Assembly (NCBI GenBank): GCA_963806225.1
Contig: CAWDXG010000004.1
Coordinates: forward strand, 2,464,001-2,528,000
Direction of reading: 5' to 3'
Origin: an uncultured delta proteobacterium
GTDB taxonomy: Bacteria > Myxococcota_A > Polyangia > Polyangiales > Polyangiaceae
Length of the DNA stretch: 64,000 bases
Shown: piece by piece, positions 20,318-29,482 of the stretch
How the letters are laid out: every line of letters begins with the position of its first letter
Numbering within the stretch: the stretch's first letter is position 1
Position numbers and translations under genes: made by a program
Notes under the pieces: model-generated
The model's input: only the letters and a program-made list of their open reading frames with translations
Told to the model about the DNA's origin: nothing
Databases searched by the model: none

Positions 20318-20884
20318 CTATCCGCTCCCGTTTCCGCCGGCCTTGCCGGGCTTGTCCGCCCACACGCGCCAGCCCTGCTTCGGGGCGGCGTTGCCGCGCA
20401 TCTCGGCGGCGCAGAGCTCGACGGCATCGATGATCTGCACGTAGCCCGTGCAGCGACACAGGTTGCCGGACAGCGCCTCGCGGATCTCCTGCCGCGTGGG
20501 CGACGGGTTCTTCTCGAGCAGCGCCTTGGCCGACAGCATCATCCCGGGCTGGCAGAACCCGCACTGCAGCGCACCCGAGCGATCGAATGCGTCCTGGATC
20601 GGATCAGGTCCCTCGCCTCCGGCCGCGCGATGCGCCGGCATCAGCCCCTCGATGGTCGTGATCTCGTGACCTTGCGCCAGGACGGCCAGCGTCACGCAGG
20701 ACTGCACCGGCTCGCCGTCGATCAGCACCGTGCAGGCTCCGCAGTCGCCCTTGTCGCAGCCCTGCTTGGTTCCGGTAAGCCCGAGCTTGTAGCGGAGCGC
20801 TTCGAGCAGCGTCCAATGCGGCGGCACAGCGACCTCCACACGGTCACCGTTCACACTGAGCGCTACTGTTCGCACAACTCCCAT
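20318..20884 (-). CDS. hcrC: 4-hydroxybenzoyl-CoA reductase gamma subunit (2x[2Fe-2S])
   Basis: LTGTKQGCDKGDCGACTVL, LQCGFCQPGM, LSGNLCRCTGY. Confidence 0.85.
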   Translation of the reverse strand: MGVVRTVALSVNGDRVEVAVPPHWTLLEALRYKLGLTGTKQGCDKGDCGACTVLIDGEPVQSCVTLAVLAQGHEITTIEGLMPAHRAAGGEGPDPIQDAFDRSGALQCGFCQPGMMLSAKALLEKNPSPTRQEIREALSGNLCRCTGYVQIIDAVELCAAEMRGNAAPKQGWRVWADKPGKAGGNGSG

Positions 20885-20956
20885 GCTGGACCTCCGGCCA
20901 TCGGGGGCAGACCCCGAACCTAGCGCGGTTTTCCGGCCCGCGTGGAGGTCTGGCTG

Positions 20957-21200
20957 CGACATTTCGGGGCCCTTGCCAGCGCTTGCGGGCGTCTTTGTCG
21001 GTCTCGCCGAAATTTTCCGCCTCGAACCGCCGCTTCGGGCCTCCTTTTTGTCGGCCAGACCGACATTTCCGGCCCCTTGCCATGGTTTCGGAGCCATTTT
21101 GTCGGTCTTGCCGACATTTTCGGCCTGAAGCCGCAGCATCAAGCTGTCTTTGTCGGCCAGGCCGACTTCGCCGGCCGCTTGCCACAGCTTGCGGCCCCTC
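20957..21200. repeat. Intergenic tandem array: ~103-bp unit x ~2.4, containing four TTTGTCGG-N5-CCGA(C/A) palindromes
   Basis: GTCGG arms start at 20997, 21050, 21101 and 21152 (spacing 53/51/51). Units begin at 20957, 21061 and 21163. Confidence 0.85.
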
Positions 21201-21245
21201 TCGGCCTCTCGATGACTTCTACCGGGACTAGCGTCCGGCCTTCCA

Positions 21246-24200
21246 TCAACCGTCAATCTCCCAAGCCCGCGCCAGCTCGCTCACGCCGGCGTTCTCCGGC
21301 ACCTGCTCGAGGAACGAACGCCTGAGCGCGTCGTCCTCGATGGCTGCGGCCCGCGCCGAGAGTCGCTCGTACGCAGTGCGCAGCACCTCCCGCGCCTGGT
21401 CGTGCTCACCGAGCTCGTCGAGCGCCTTGGCGCGGCAGAGCCTGAGGGCCAGCTCGCCGTCCGCGCTCCCGCCGAGCTCGTCGAGCAGCTCCATGCCGAG
21501 CCCGGTCGTGGCGACGGCCCGGTCCACGTCTCCGGACCCGAGCTCGGCCTCGGCGCGCCGCGCCAGCGCGTGGACCCGTACGGGAGGGAAGGGTTCGAGC
21601 AGCTCCGCGGCACGACGGGCAGCTTCATGCGCTTCTGGGACCTGAACTTGCGCGAGCCGCAGCCCCGCCAGATGGCTGAGCGCTCCGCCCTGCATGCGGC
21701 GGTCACCTTGAGCTTCGAGCATGGCCACAGCAGCGACGAGTAGCTCGCGCGCCGCATCCAGCTCGCCGAGCCGCGTCAGCACGTAGCCGAGGTTGGTCTT
21801 CGCGGCCGCAACCACATTCGGCAGACCGAGCTCCTCGGCCAGATCGTGTGCCGCGCGCAGATGCTCCTCGGCCTCGGCAAACGCGCCGAGCTCGTAGCTG
21901 CCGTGACCCGCGTTGTGACGCTGGATGGCGGCGTTGCGCCGATCGCCCATGCGCGCAAACGTCTCGCTCGCGAGCTTCGACCAGGTCGCGTAGTGCTCGG
22001 TCTCTCCCCGGTACAGAGCCCGGGACGCCTTGCTCGTCAGCCAGCGTGCTCGCGTCACGGGGTCGGCGCACGAGGGCGAGTCGGCGACGCCCTCGAGCTG
22101 CTCGAATAGCGGATCGGCCGCTTCGAAGCGTCCGGTGTGGGTGAGAACGACGGCGACGCGGGAAGCGGCTTCCATCAGAGCCGGTGTCGGCTGGTCCCAG
22201 CAGGGCAATGCGAGCAGAAGCCCGGCGATCTCCACGACTCGATCCAGGTCGCCGGTCTGCTGGCAGGCGCTGACGACGACGAAGATGGAACGGAACCAGT
22301 CCGGCGTATGCGGCGCGAGTGCGCCCAGAGCGCGTTCACCTGCCACCTCGGCGTCCCGGTACTCGCCGCGCCACAGGTGCGCCTCGGCCTCGAGTCTCAA
22401 AAGCTCCGCGAGCTCGGTGGCGCTGCCGGAACGCGTGACCACCGAAGCCCGCGCACTGGCGACGGCGACCAGCGCGGTCTCGAAATCGTTGCCGTCGATC
22501 GCATCCTGGGCCGCCAGCCGATACCACTCGAGCGCGCGTTCGGCGTCGCCGCCCTTGTCGAAGTGGCCAGCGAGCGCCAGCTTGTCGGGCTCGCCGTTTC
22601 CCTGGAGCCAGCCACCCGCGGCAAGATGGCCGCGCGCGCGATCTTCCGGCGTGAGCATGGCATAGGCGGCCTCGGCCACCAGCGCGTGGCGGAATGCGTA
22701 TTCCACCTCGCCGGGAAAGCGGCTCCGGTAGCGTGGCGTCACGACCTCGCGTTCGACCAGCAGGTCCAGCCACTCGCGGATGTCCACCGCATCCAGACTG
22801 CGACCGACAAGCCCGCTCACGGCTCCCAGCCAGAACGCCTTGCCGAACACGCTGGCCGCGCGAAGCGTGCGGCGGGCCGCATCCGGCAACGCCTCGAGCC
22901 GCATCTGCAGCATGGCCAGCACACTATCCGGCAGTTGATCGCTGTTGCCTTCGCCCACGGCGCGGATGAGCTCCTCGAGGAAGAAGGCATTCCCGTCGGC
23001 ACGCTTCACCAGGGTCTTCAGCGTTGCCTCGTCCAGTGATTCGCCCAGCGCCTCGCGCACGAGCTTCTCCGCGGCACGGCGCGTCAGCCCGCCGAGCGCT
23101 ATCTCCTGCGGCTCGCGCCCGGACCACAGCCCGGGGAAGCGCTCGTGCACCTCGGGTCGCGCCAGCGCCAACACCATGAACGGCTGCTCGGCTGCAGCCC
23201 GGAGAGCCGCATCCACCAGTTTGACCGACGGCAGATCGCCCCAATGCAGGTCCTCGAGCACGAGCAGTACCGGCTCCGCGCGGCACTCGGCCAGGACGAG
23301 CTCCTCCCAGGCGCGGCGCATCTGGTCACCCATCAGGATGGGATCGCGCCGCGCCGCCATGAGCTCGGCGCTGGTGTCGTCCGACGGGACGCGGGCTATT
23401 TCACCCAGGAACCTGGCCACGCGTTCCACCGAACCGGCCGGCACGTGGCGCCCGACCCGCGCGTGGAGCCGCTCCCGTGAAGCAGCGGGAGGCTCGCCGT
23501 CGAGCAGCCCGGCGAACTGCCGGATCAGCCGACCCAGAAGCCCGAAGGGCGAGCCGGCGCTCGACGGATCGGCGCGCGCCAGCCAGCTCTGGTAGGTCGT
23601 GTCGCGCTGGTGCAGCCGCCGCTGGAGCTCGTAGCGCACCCGCGACTTGCCGACGCCGGCGGGGCCCGTGACGAGCGCGACCCGCGCCATGGGCTCTTCG
23701 AGACACTCGTCGACGAGACCCATCAGGAAACCCAGCTCGCGCTCGCGCCCCACGGTCGGCGTCGGCTTGCCGAGCAGCTGCCGGAGCTCCTCCGTCTCGG
23801 CCCGCTCGCGCTCCAGCCGGACCACTCCGCGCTCGCTCGTCGTCACGGAAAAGCGGGCATCGATGAGGCCTGCCGTGACCGAGTCCACGCACACTTCGCC
23901 GGGCGTGAGCCGGTCCACCAGCGCCGCGGCGCCTTCGATCACTTGTCCCAGAGGCACGCGTGGGCCGATCACCGCGCGACCGGTGGCCAGTCCGATTCTC
24001 GCTTCGGGGACGATCGCGCGCACGGCGAGCGCGCAGCGCGCTGCGCGGCACGCCAGATCCGTGGCGGAGCCGCCGCCGCCCAGCGCTATCACGAGCGAAC
24101 CGTCGCGCAGTGGCTCGAGACGCCCCTCGACGGAGGCGACCGCAGCCTGCAACGAGCGCGCGACGCGACTGTCCTCCTCGTCGTCGTGCAGCGGTCGCTC

Positions 24201-25178
24201 CACAAGGGTCACGTCCGAACTGGTGAGCTCGATCGAGGGACCGGCGCCCACGTCGCCGGAAACCGCAGTCAAGGCGTCGCAGGCCAGAAGCACGCACACG
24301 ACCCGTCGCTCGGCCCCGGTGATGATCCCCGACGGCCGCCGGGGCGCTTCGTTCGACGCTTCATCGAGATCCAATCGCGTCAGCGAGGCCGCCAGCTCGG
24401 CCAGATCGGAAGGCCGCTCATCCGGCTCCTTTGCCAGCATGCACGTCACCAACTCGTCGAGCTCTGGCGGCAGCTCGGGGCGGAAGTCGCAGAGCCGCGG
24501 AGTATCGTCCAGGATGAGCTTCGCAAGCACGGCCAGCGGCGCCTTCGCCGAGAACGCGGCGCGACCGGTCAGGCACTGGAACAGAACGCATCCGAGCGAG
24601 AACACATCCGCCCGGCCGTCGATCTGCCGATCGCCGCGAGCCTGCTCGGGCGCCATGTAGCCCGGCGTGCCGAGCACCGCGCCGGTCAGCGTCACCAACG
24701 TGGCGGGTCCGGCAAGCCGCGCCACACCGAAGTCGAGGATCTTGGCGCGCTCGGGGCGGCCATCGACGAGCAGGATGTTGCTGGGTTTGACGTCGCGGTG
24801 CACCACGCCGCGGCCGTGCGCCATCGCCAGCGCGTCACCGAGCCGCGCGGTCATCAGGAGCGATTCGGCCGGCTCGAGCGGCTGTCGCCGCAACCGCGCC
24901 GCCAGCGTCTCGCCCTCCAGCCACTCCATCGCCAGGTAGGGCACGCTCGCGCTCGTCAGCCCGTGGTCGACGTAGCGCACAATCGCCGGATGTCTGAGCT
25001 CCGCGAGAAGCTGCGCCTCCCGAAAGAAGCGATCGCCTGGCGCCGATCCCTGGAGGATCTTGAGCGCGACGACGCTACCGCCGACGTGGTCGCGCGCTCG
25101 ATAGACCGCGCCCATGCCACCCCGGGCGGCAAGAGCTTCTATCTCGAAGCGGTCGGCGACAACGTCACCGGATTGCAC
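21246..25178 (-). CDS. Ser/Thr protein kinase - degenerate class III cyclase-like domain - AAA ATPase - TPR protein
   Basis: VALK, HRDVKPSN, DFG, YMAPE; then ERRVVCVLL...IGLATG; then GRERE, GPAGVGKS, LEDLHW, GNAFFLEEL; TPR-like helical C-terminus. Confidence 0.9.
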   Translation of the reverse strand: MQSGDVVADRFEIEALAARGGMGAVYRARDHVGGSVVALKILQGSAPGDRFFREAQLLAELRHPAIVRYVDHGLTSASVPYLAMEWLEGETLAARLRRQPLEPAESLLMTARLGDALAMAHGRGVVHRDVKPSNILLVDGRPERAKILDFGVARLAGPATLVTLTGAVLGTPGYMAPEQARGDRQIDGRADVFSLGCVLFQCLTGRAAFSAKAPLAVLAKLILDDTPRLCDFRPELPPELDELVTCMLAKEPDERPSDLAELAASLTRLDLDEASNEAPRRPSGIITGAERRVVCVLLACDALTAVSGDVGAGPSIELTSSDVTLVERPLHDDEEDSRVARSLQAAVASVEGRLEPLRDGSLVIALGGGGSATDLACRAARCALAVRAIVPEARIGLATGRAVIGPRVPLGQVIEGAAALVDRLTPGEVCVDSVTAGLIDARFSVTTSERGVVRLERERAETEELRQLLGKPTPTVGRERELGFLMGLVDECLEEPMARVALVTGPAGVGKSRVRYELQRRLHQRDTTYQSWLARADPSSAGSPFGLLGRLIRQFAGLLDGEPPAASRERLHARVGRHVPAGSVERVARFLGEIARVPSDDTSAELMAARRDPILMGDQMRRAWEELVLAECRAEPVLLVLEDLHWGDLPSVKLVDAALRAAAEQPFMVLALARPEVHERFPGLWSGREPQEIALGGLTRRAAEKLVREALGESLDEATLKTLVKRADGNAFFLEELIRAVGEGNSDQLPDSVLAMLQMRLEALPDAARRTLRAASVFGKAFWLGAVSGLVGRSLDAVDIREWLDLLVEREVVTPRYRSRFPGEVEYAFRHALVAEAAYAMLTPEDRARGHLAAGGWLQGNGEPDKLALAGHFDKGGDAERALEWYRLAAQDAIDGNDFETALVAVASARASVVTRSGSATELAELLRLEAEAHLWRGEYRDAEVAGERALGALAPHTPDWFRSIFVVVSACQQTGDLDRVVEIAGLLLALPCWDQPTPALMEAASRVAVVLTHTGRFEAADPLFEQLEGVADSPSCADPVTRARWLTSKASRALYRGETEHYATWSKLASETFARMGDRRNAAIQRHNAGHGSYELGAFAEAEEHLRAAHDLAEELGLPNVVAAAKTNLGYVLTRLGELDAARELLVAAVAMLEAQGDRRMQGGALSHLAGLRLAQVQVPEAHEAARRAAELLEPFPPVRVHALARRAEAELGSGDVDRAVATTGLGMELLDELGGSADGELALRLCRAKALDELGEHDQAREVLRTAYERLSARAAAIEDDALRRSFLEQVPENAGVSELARAWEIDG

Positions 25179-25463
25179 CGATCATCCAGTATATGCGACC
25201 CGGCGGAAGAACGTGGGTTCCTTCGGTGCCTCCGGCGACGGCGGCGGAAATCGCAGGAACCTCACCACCTTCTGGGCCCGGCCGGAGCCTGAAGTCCTGA
25301 GCTTGGTCATTTCACGGTGCCGCTCGGCGCGATAGACGACGCAGATCGGCCTCCCGGAAACGGCACCGTCCCGTTCCACGGGCGAAAACAGCGACGGCTG
25401 GGTCCGCGCCGGCGCTCTGCCCCTGCGTGACGAACGAGGCTTCTTCCCGGCTCGAGGTGCACA

Positions 25464-26927
25464 ATGAAAAACGAGGCAACGGCGCCGCAGTTCGACCGCG
25501 ACTACCCATTGCTCGCCGCGCTGCGCCGCGATCGCCCGCGGGAGATCGGTGACTTCGAGCGTGCGATCGAGATGTCGCGACGCTTCCGCCGCAGCGTGGT
25601 CGAACCGAACGCACTGGCGATCGACCGCCGCGCGATGCAGGACCCACGCTGGGTAGCCGAGGAAGTGCTGCGGGAAGCGGGCCGCTACGGCTTCTTCAGC
25701 ATGATGGTGCCGCGGACCTTCGGCGGCGCGGGGTTCGCGTTCGGCGCCATGATCGTCGGCATGGAGGAGCTCGCGGCGGGATGCCTCGGCATCGCCAATC
25801 TGCTCGCGGTGCACGGCCTGGCGTTCGCCATGGTGGCCGCCACCGGTGACCTGCCCGCGGTTGAGCGCGTCAGCCGTATGCTCGTGGAGAGCGAGCGCGA
25901 GGGGACGCCGCGGCTGCTTTCGACGGGCATCACGGAGCCGTCCGCGGGAACCGACGTCGAGGATGTGGATCTTCTCCGGAGCGCGCACCTCGATTGCGAG
26001 GCACAACCCGTGCGCGGCGGCTACCGTCTACGCGGCCGCAAGGTGTTTATCAGCAACGGAAGCATCGCCCACACGCACGTGGTGCTCATGCCGACACACC
26101 GCGGCGATCCGGTAAACACGACGTTCGCGTTCCTGGTCGAGAGCGGCACGGCGGGCTTCAGCGTCGGGCGCGTCGAGCGCAAGATGGGTCAGAAGGCCTG
26201 CCCCGCCGCGGAGCTCGTCTTCGACGATTGCTTCGTGCCGGAGACGGCGCGCATCGGCCATCGGCCGATACCGGGCCGGCAGCTCGAGCTGGTTCTCGGC
26301 GCGACCCGCGGAGGCGTCGCGGCGTGGGGCGCGGGCGTCGCGCGGGGTGCCTATGAACGGGCTCTCGCCTTCGCGCGCTCCAACCGCGTCGGTGGCCGCT
26401 GGTTGATCGACGAACAGTGGGTCCAGCTGCGGCTTGCGGACATGCTCGGACACGTGATGACCGCGCGCTCGGCCTACGTCGAGGCCCTGTTGTCGAATGA
26501 GCTGTTCGGGCTGTCGTCATTGGTGGCGGGCAGCCGCGTGCAGGAGCTGTTGATGCGGCACCTGCCGCAACCGGTGCTCGACAGCAGCGCCACCCAACGC
26601 CTCATCGGCTCTCGGCGTTCCCGGCAGCGCATGCGCCGCGCCGTCGACGAGCTGGCGGACTGGAAGGTCGACGCCTCGTCCGCCACCGGTGCCGCGGCGA
26701 AGGTCTCGGCCACCGAGCTCGGCATGGAGAACTGCCACCTGGCGCTGGACATCATGGGGGCCGCCGGACTCCGCCATGACCAGGGCATGGAGAAGCTCTA
26801 TCGCGACGCCAAGCTGCTCACGATCTACGAAGGCACGAACCAGCTGAACCGCATCGAGCTGTACAAGAAGGGCATTGCGCGGAACGGCGGTCACCCCGGG
26901 GCGCGCTTCGAATCGGCACCGTCATGA
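25464..26927 (+). CDS. Acyl-CoA dehydrogenase (catalytic subunit, with an insertion)
   Basis: GITEPSAGTD, GRKVFISNG, KMGQKACPAAELVFDD, EKLYRDAKLLTIYEGTNQ (catalytic Glu present). Confidence 0.9.
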   Translation: MKNEATAPQFDRDYPLLAALRRDRPREIGDFERAIEMSRRFRRSVVEPNALAIDRRAMQDPRWVAEEVLREAGRYGFFSMMVPRTFGGAGFAFGAMIVGMEELAAGCLGIANLLAVHGLAFAMVAATGDLPAVERVSRMLVESEREGTPRLLSTGITEPSAGTDVEDVDLLRSAHLDCEAQPVRGGYRLRGRKVFISNGSIAHTHVVLMPTHRGDPVNTTFAFLVESGTAGFSVGRVERKMGQKACPAAELVFDDCFVPETARIGHRPIPGRQLELVLGATRGGVAAWGAGVARGAYERALAFARSNRVGGRWLIDEQWVQLRLADMLGHVMTARSAYVEALLSNELFGLSSLVAGSRVQELLMRHLPQPVLDSSATQRLIGSRRSRQRMRRAVDELADWKVDASSATGAAAKVSATELGMENCHLALDIMGAAGLRHDQGMEKLYRDAKLLTIYEGTNQLNRIELYKKGIARNGGHPGARFESAPS

Positions 26928-27946
26928 AAAGCGACGAACAGGTCCTGCTGGAAACCGCCGTGCGCCGCTTCGCCGAGCGCGGGATCGCGCCGCACCTGGA
27001 CGATTTGAATCACTATCCCGATCGTCCTCTGCCAGAAGGCTTTCTGGCCGGACTCGGCGAGCTCGGTCTGCTCGATATCGAGCCCCGGACCGGCGTCGGG
27101 CTTCTCGCGAGCGCGCTCCGGGAGCTCGCCTACGCGGCGGCTGCACCGGCGGCGCTCGTGTTCGCACACGCGCTTGGGCGGCATCTCGTGCTGGAGGCCG
27201 GGCGCGAGGCCACGGGCCTGTGCGCCTATCCGATCTACGGCGAACAAGAAGCGCCGGAGCTCCACTACGTGGAAGACCGCGACGCGCTCGTGGTCGACGG
27301 CACCTGTCAACTGGTCGCCGGCGCGCCGTTCGCGGAAACGCTGGTGTTGCCCGCCTCCGGCCCCGACGGCGTGGCGCTGCTGGTGCTGCAACCCGGAACA
27401 GCTGGGCTCGAGGTCGGAAGCCCCCTGCTCACGCTCGGCATGCGCGGCTGCCCGACCGCCGACGTGTCACTGTCCGCAGCGCCGGTGACCGCAGATCGGC
27501 TGGTACGGAACGCGGGCGCTCTCTTCGACCGCGCACACGCGCTGTTCCGCGCTCCGGCGGCAGCGATTGCCGCGGGAGTCCTGGCGCGCTCGATCCGCAC
27601 GGCAACGGAGTACGCGAGGGAGCGCTACCAGGGCGGCCAGAACATCATCGACCACCAGGAAGTGCGCCGTCTGCTCGCCGGCATGCTGGCAGACGAGGAG
27701 CTTTGCCGGAGCGCGGTCGAGCGTCTACCCGACGGCACAGCCGAACCCGCCGCGACCGAGCTCTTCCTCAGGGCCAAGGAGCGCGCCGCGCGTGCCACAT
27801 GCGACGGCGTCCAGCTCCTCGGCGGCTACGGCTACATGGAAGACTACGGCCAGGAGCGCTGCATGCGTGACGCCAAGCAGGCCGAGTATCTGCTGGGCCG
27901 TCCGGAAATGCTCCGGCAGCAGGCGATGGAGCGCTGGCTCGCGTAG
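26924..27946 (+). CDS. Acyl-CoA dehydrogenase-like partner subunit
   Basis: YARERYQGG..I..HQ, GVQLLGGYGYMEDY..ER..RDAKQ. Lacks the TEP and YEGT motifs. ATGA overlap with the previous gene. Confidence 0.82.
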   Translation: MKSDEQVLLETAVRRFAERGIAPHLDDLNHYPDRPLPEGFLAGLGELGLLDIEPRTGVGLLASALRELAYAAAAPAALVFAHALGRHLVLEAGREATGLCAYPIYGEQEAPELHYVEDRDALVVDGTCQLVAGAPFAETLVLPASGPDGVALLVLQPGTAGLEVGSPLLTLGMRGCPTADVSLSAAPVTADRLVRNAGALFDRAHALFRAPAAAIAAGVLARSIRTATEYARERYQGGQNIIDHQEVRRLLAGMLADEELCRSAVERLPDGTAEPAATELFLRAKERAARATCDGVQLLGGYGYMEDYGQERCMRDAKQAEYLLGRPEMLRQQAMERWLA

Positions 27947-27949
27947 AAC

Positions 27950-28040
27950 TGTCCCGGACGAAAACACCCCGCCTTGACCGATGGCGGGAAAAGCGGCGTC
28001 CAGACCGGGAACAACTGTCCCGGTAGATGACATCCATCAT
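27950..28040. promoter_or_regulatory. Three TGT-N11-ACA-type sites plus an FNR-like box upstream of the enhancer-binding protein
   Basis: TGT-N11-ACA at 27950-27966 and 28016-28032, CGT-N11-ACA at 27997-28013, ATGAC-ATCC-ATCAT at 28027-28040, TATCCT at 28062-28067. Confidence 0.5.
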
Positions 28041-28078
28041 CGCGCTCCGGGACTCCGGGGCTATCCTGTTGGCGCCGC

Positions 28079-29473
28079 ATGATGCCCCACAAGGCGGCGC
28101 TCCCGCCCCTCGACACCCCGGCTCTAGCCAGACTGTTCGGCCAGCGCCGGGAGCTGCTCACCACCTGGCACCGGCTCTACGAGTCGAGCGTCGAGGCCGA
28201 GCCGCGCATCGACTCCGGCGACTTCGAGAGCGTGTTCGGGCGCGAGCTCGACGGACTGCGCAATCCGCAGCTGTGCGCACAACCCGAAGCGGTGCAGGCC
28301 ACGCTCCGCGCCACGGCGCTCTGCTTCGCCCGGCGGGGGATCCCACTGTCGCACCTGCTGTCGGCAGCAGCCGAAGCCGAAGCCGCCGTCCGCGAGACGC
28401 GCGGCAACCTGGGCACATCGGACCAGACCACGCTGACCCTGCTCGAGACCGCCCGGGCGCGCGCGTATTCGCGCGCGTACCTGGACTCGGATCGCAGCAC
28501 CTTGCCGAGCTGCAAGCGCTCGCTGGTGCCGCTGCGCACTCCACGCAGCGGCAAGCCCCAGGTGCCTGCGCTCGTCGGCGGCAGCACGGCCATGCGCCGG
28601 ATCCGCGACGCGATCGCCCTGGCGGCGGAAGGACCGGACAATATCCTGCTCGCCGGCGAGAGCGGTACGGGCAAGGAGCTCGTGGCGCGGGCCATCCACG
28701 AGGCTTCTGGACGAGGGCGGTTCATCGCCACCGATGCCAGCTCGCTTTCCGCCGGGCAGCCGTACGAGAGGCTCCACGGCCGCGCGTCCGCACCGGGGCT
28801 GCTCGCCGCGGCAGACCACGGCACGCTGTTCCTCGACGAGATCACCGATCTTTCGGCGGAAGTCCAGGCCGCGCTCTTGAGACTGCTCGAGGGCCGCCGC
28901 GTGCGGGCCGTAGGTGCGACTGAAGAAGTGCCGGTCGACGTGCGCGTTATCGCTTCGACGAGCCGCGACCCCGAGGCGGAGATGGCAAGCGGGCGCCTGC
29001 GCCGGGAGCTGTACTACCGCCTTTCGGCCTTCACGATGCGCCTGCCGCCGCTCCGCGAGCGCCGCGACGACGTCCCGGAGTTGGTCGAGCATTTCCTCGG
29101 AACCTTCTGCCACCGACGTTGCGGCTGTATCTGGGGTGTTTCGGAACCGGCCATGCGCGTGCTGACGGCGGCGCGCTGGCCAGGGAACGTCCGGCAGCTC
29201 CGCAACGCCGTGGAGCACGCCGTCACTCGCGGCGACAGTGCGCTCATCCAGATCGAGGATCTGCCGGCGGACCTGCAGGGCGGCGAGGTCGTCCTGCACC
29301 CGGCGATGCCAAATAGCCGTGAACGCGCCCTGCCAAGCCTCGCCGAGTCGGAGGCCGCGCTGATCCGCGAGACCCTGCGTCGCTTCGACGGCAACAAGGT
29401 GCGCACCGCGCAGTCGCTCGGTATCTCGCGCAACAAGCTGTACGACCGGCTGCGCAAGCTCGGGTTGAGCTGA
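28079..29473 (+). CDS. NtrC/Fis-family AAA+ transcriptional regulator lacking GAFTGA
   Basis: GESGTGKELVARAIH, GTLFLDEI, LYYRL, WPGNVRQLRN, C-terminal Fis HTH. The ESELFGH..GAFTGA segment is replaced by YERLHGRASAPG. Confidence 0.88.
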   Translation: MMPHKAALPPLDTPALARLFGQRRELLTTWHRLYESSVEAEPRIDSGDFESVFGRELDGLRNPQLCAQPEAVQATLRATALCFARRGIPLSHLLSAAAEAEAAVRETRGNLGTSDQTTLTLLETARARAYSRAYLDSDRSTLPSCKRSLVPLRTPRSGKPQVPALVGGSTAMRRIRDAIALAAEGPDNILLAGESGTGKELVARAIHEASGRGRFIATDASSLSAGQPYERLHGRASAPGLLAAADHGTLFLDEITDLSAEVQAALLRLLEGRRVRAVGATEEVPVDVRVIASTSRDPEAEMASGRLRRELYYRLSAFTMRLPPLRERRDDVPELVEHFLGTFCHRRCGCIWGVSEPAMRVLTAARWPGNVRQLRNAVEHAVTRGDSALIQIEDLPADLQGGEVVLHPAMPNSRERALPSLAESEAALIRETLRRFDGNKVRTAQSLGISRNKLYDRLRKLGLS

Positions 29474-29482
29474 CGCAATCTG

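Noticed and set aside
17910..20444. Long antisense or alternate-frame ORFs (e.g. 17910..20444, 32643..35105, 53330..55342, 59248..61539)
   Set aside because: Shadow ORFs expected in high-GC DNA. They are Arg/Ala-rich, carry no motifs, and overlap well-supported genes.
16915..20884. Ordinary xanthine dehydrogenase or CO dehydrogenase
   Set aside because: The FAD subunit has the four-Cys insert of HcrB type, the Mo subunit has KEAGEG and lacks the CoxL VAYRCSFR loop, and bcr genes are nearby.
20957..21200. CRISPR array interpretation of the palindromic repeats
   Set aside because: The spacers are not unique but alternate between two related types, the repeats vary in their loops, and no cas gene is in the window.
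20885..21256. N-terminal extension of HcrC as shown in the ORF track
   Set aside because: Homology begins at MGVVRTVALSVNG (20884), which has a GGAGG RBS. The extension merely crosses the DNA repeat array, whose unit is not consistently a multiple of three.
27968..27992. Hairpin CCCGCC-N9-GGCGGG as an intrinsic terminator for the ACAD pair
   Set aside because: It is followed by A's rather than a U-tract on the coding strand and the stem is short, so it is not supportable.
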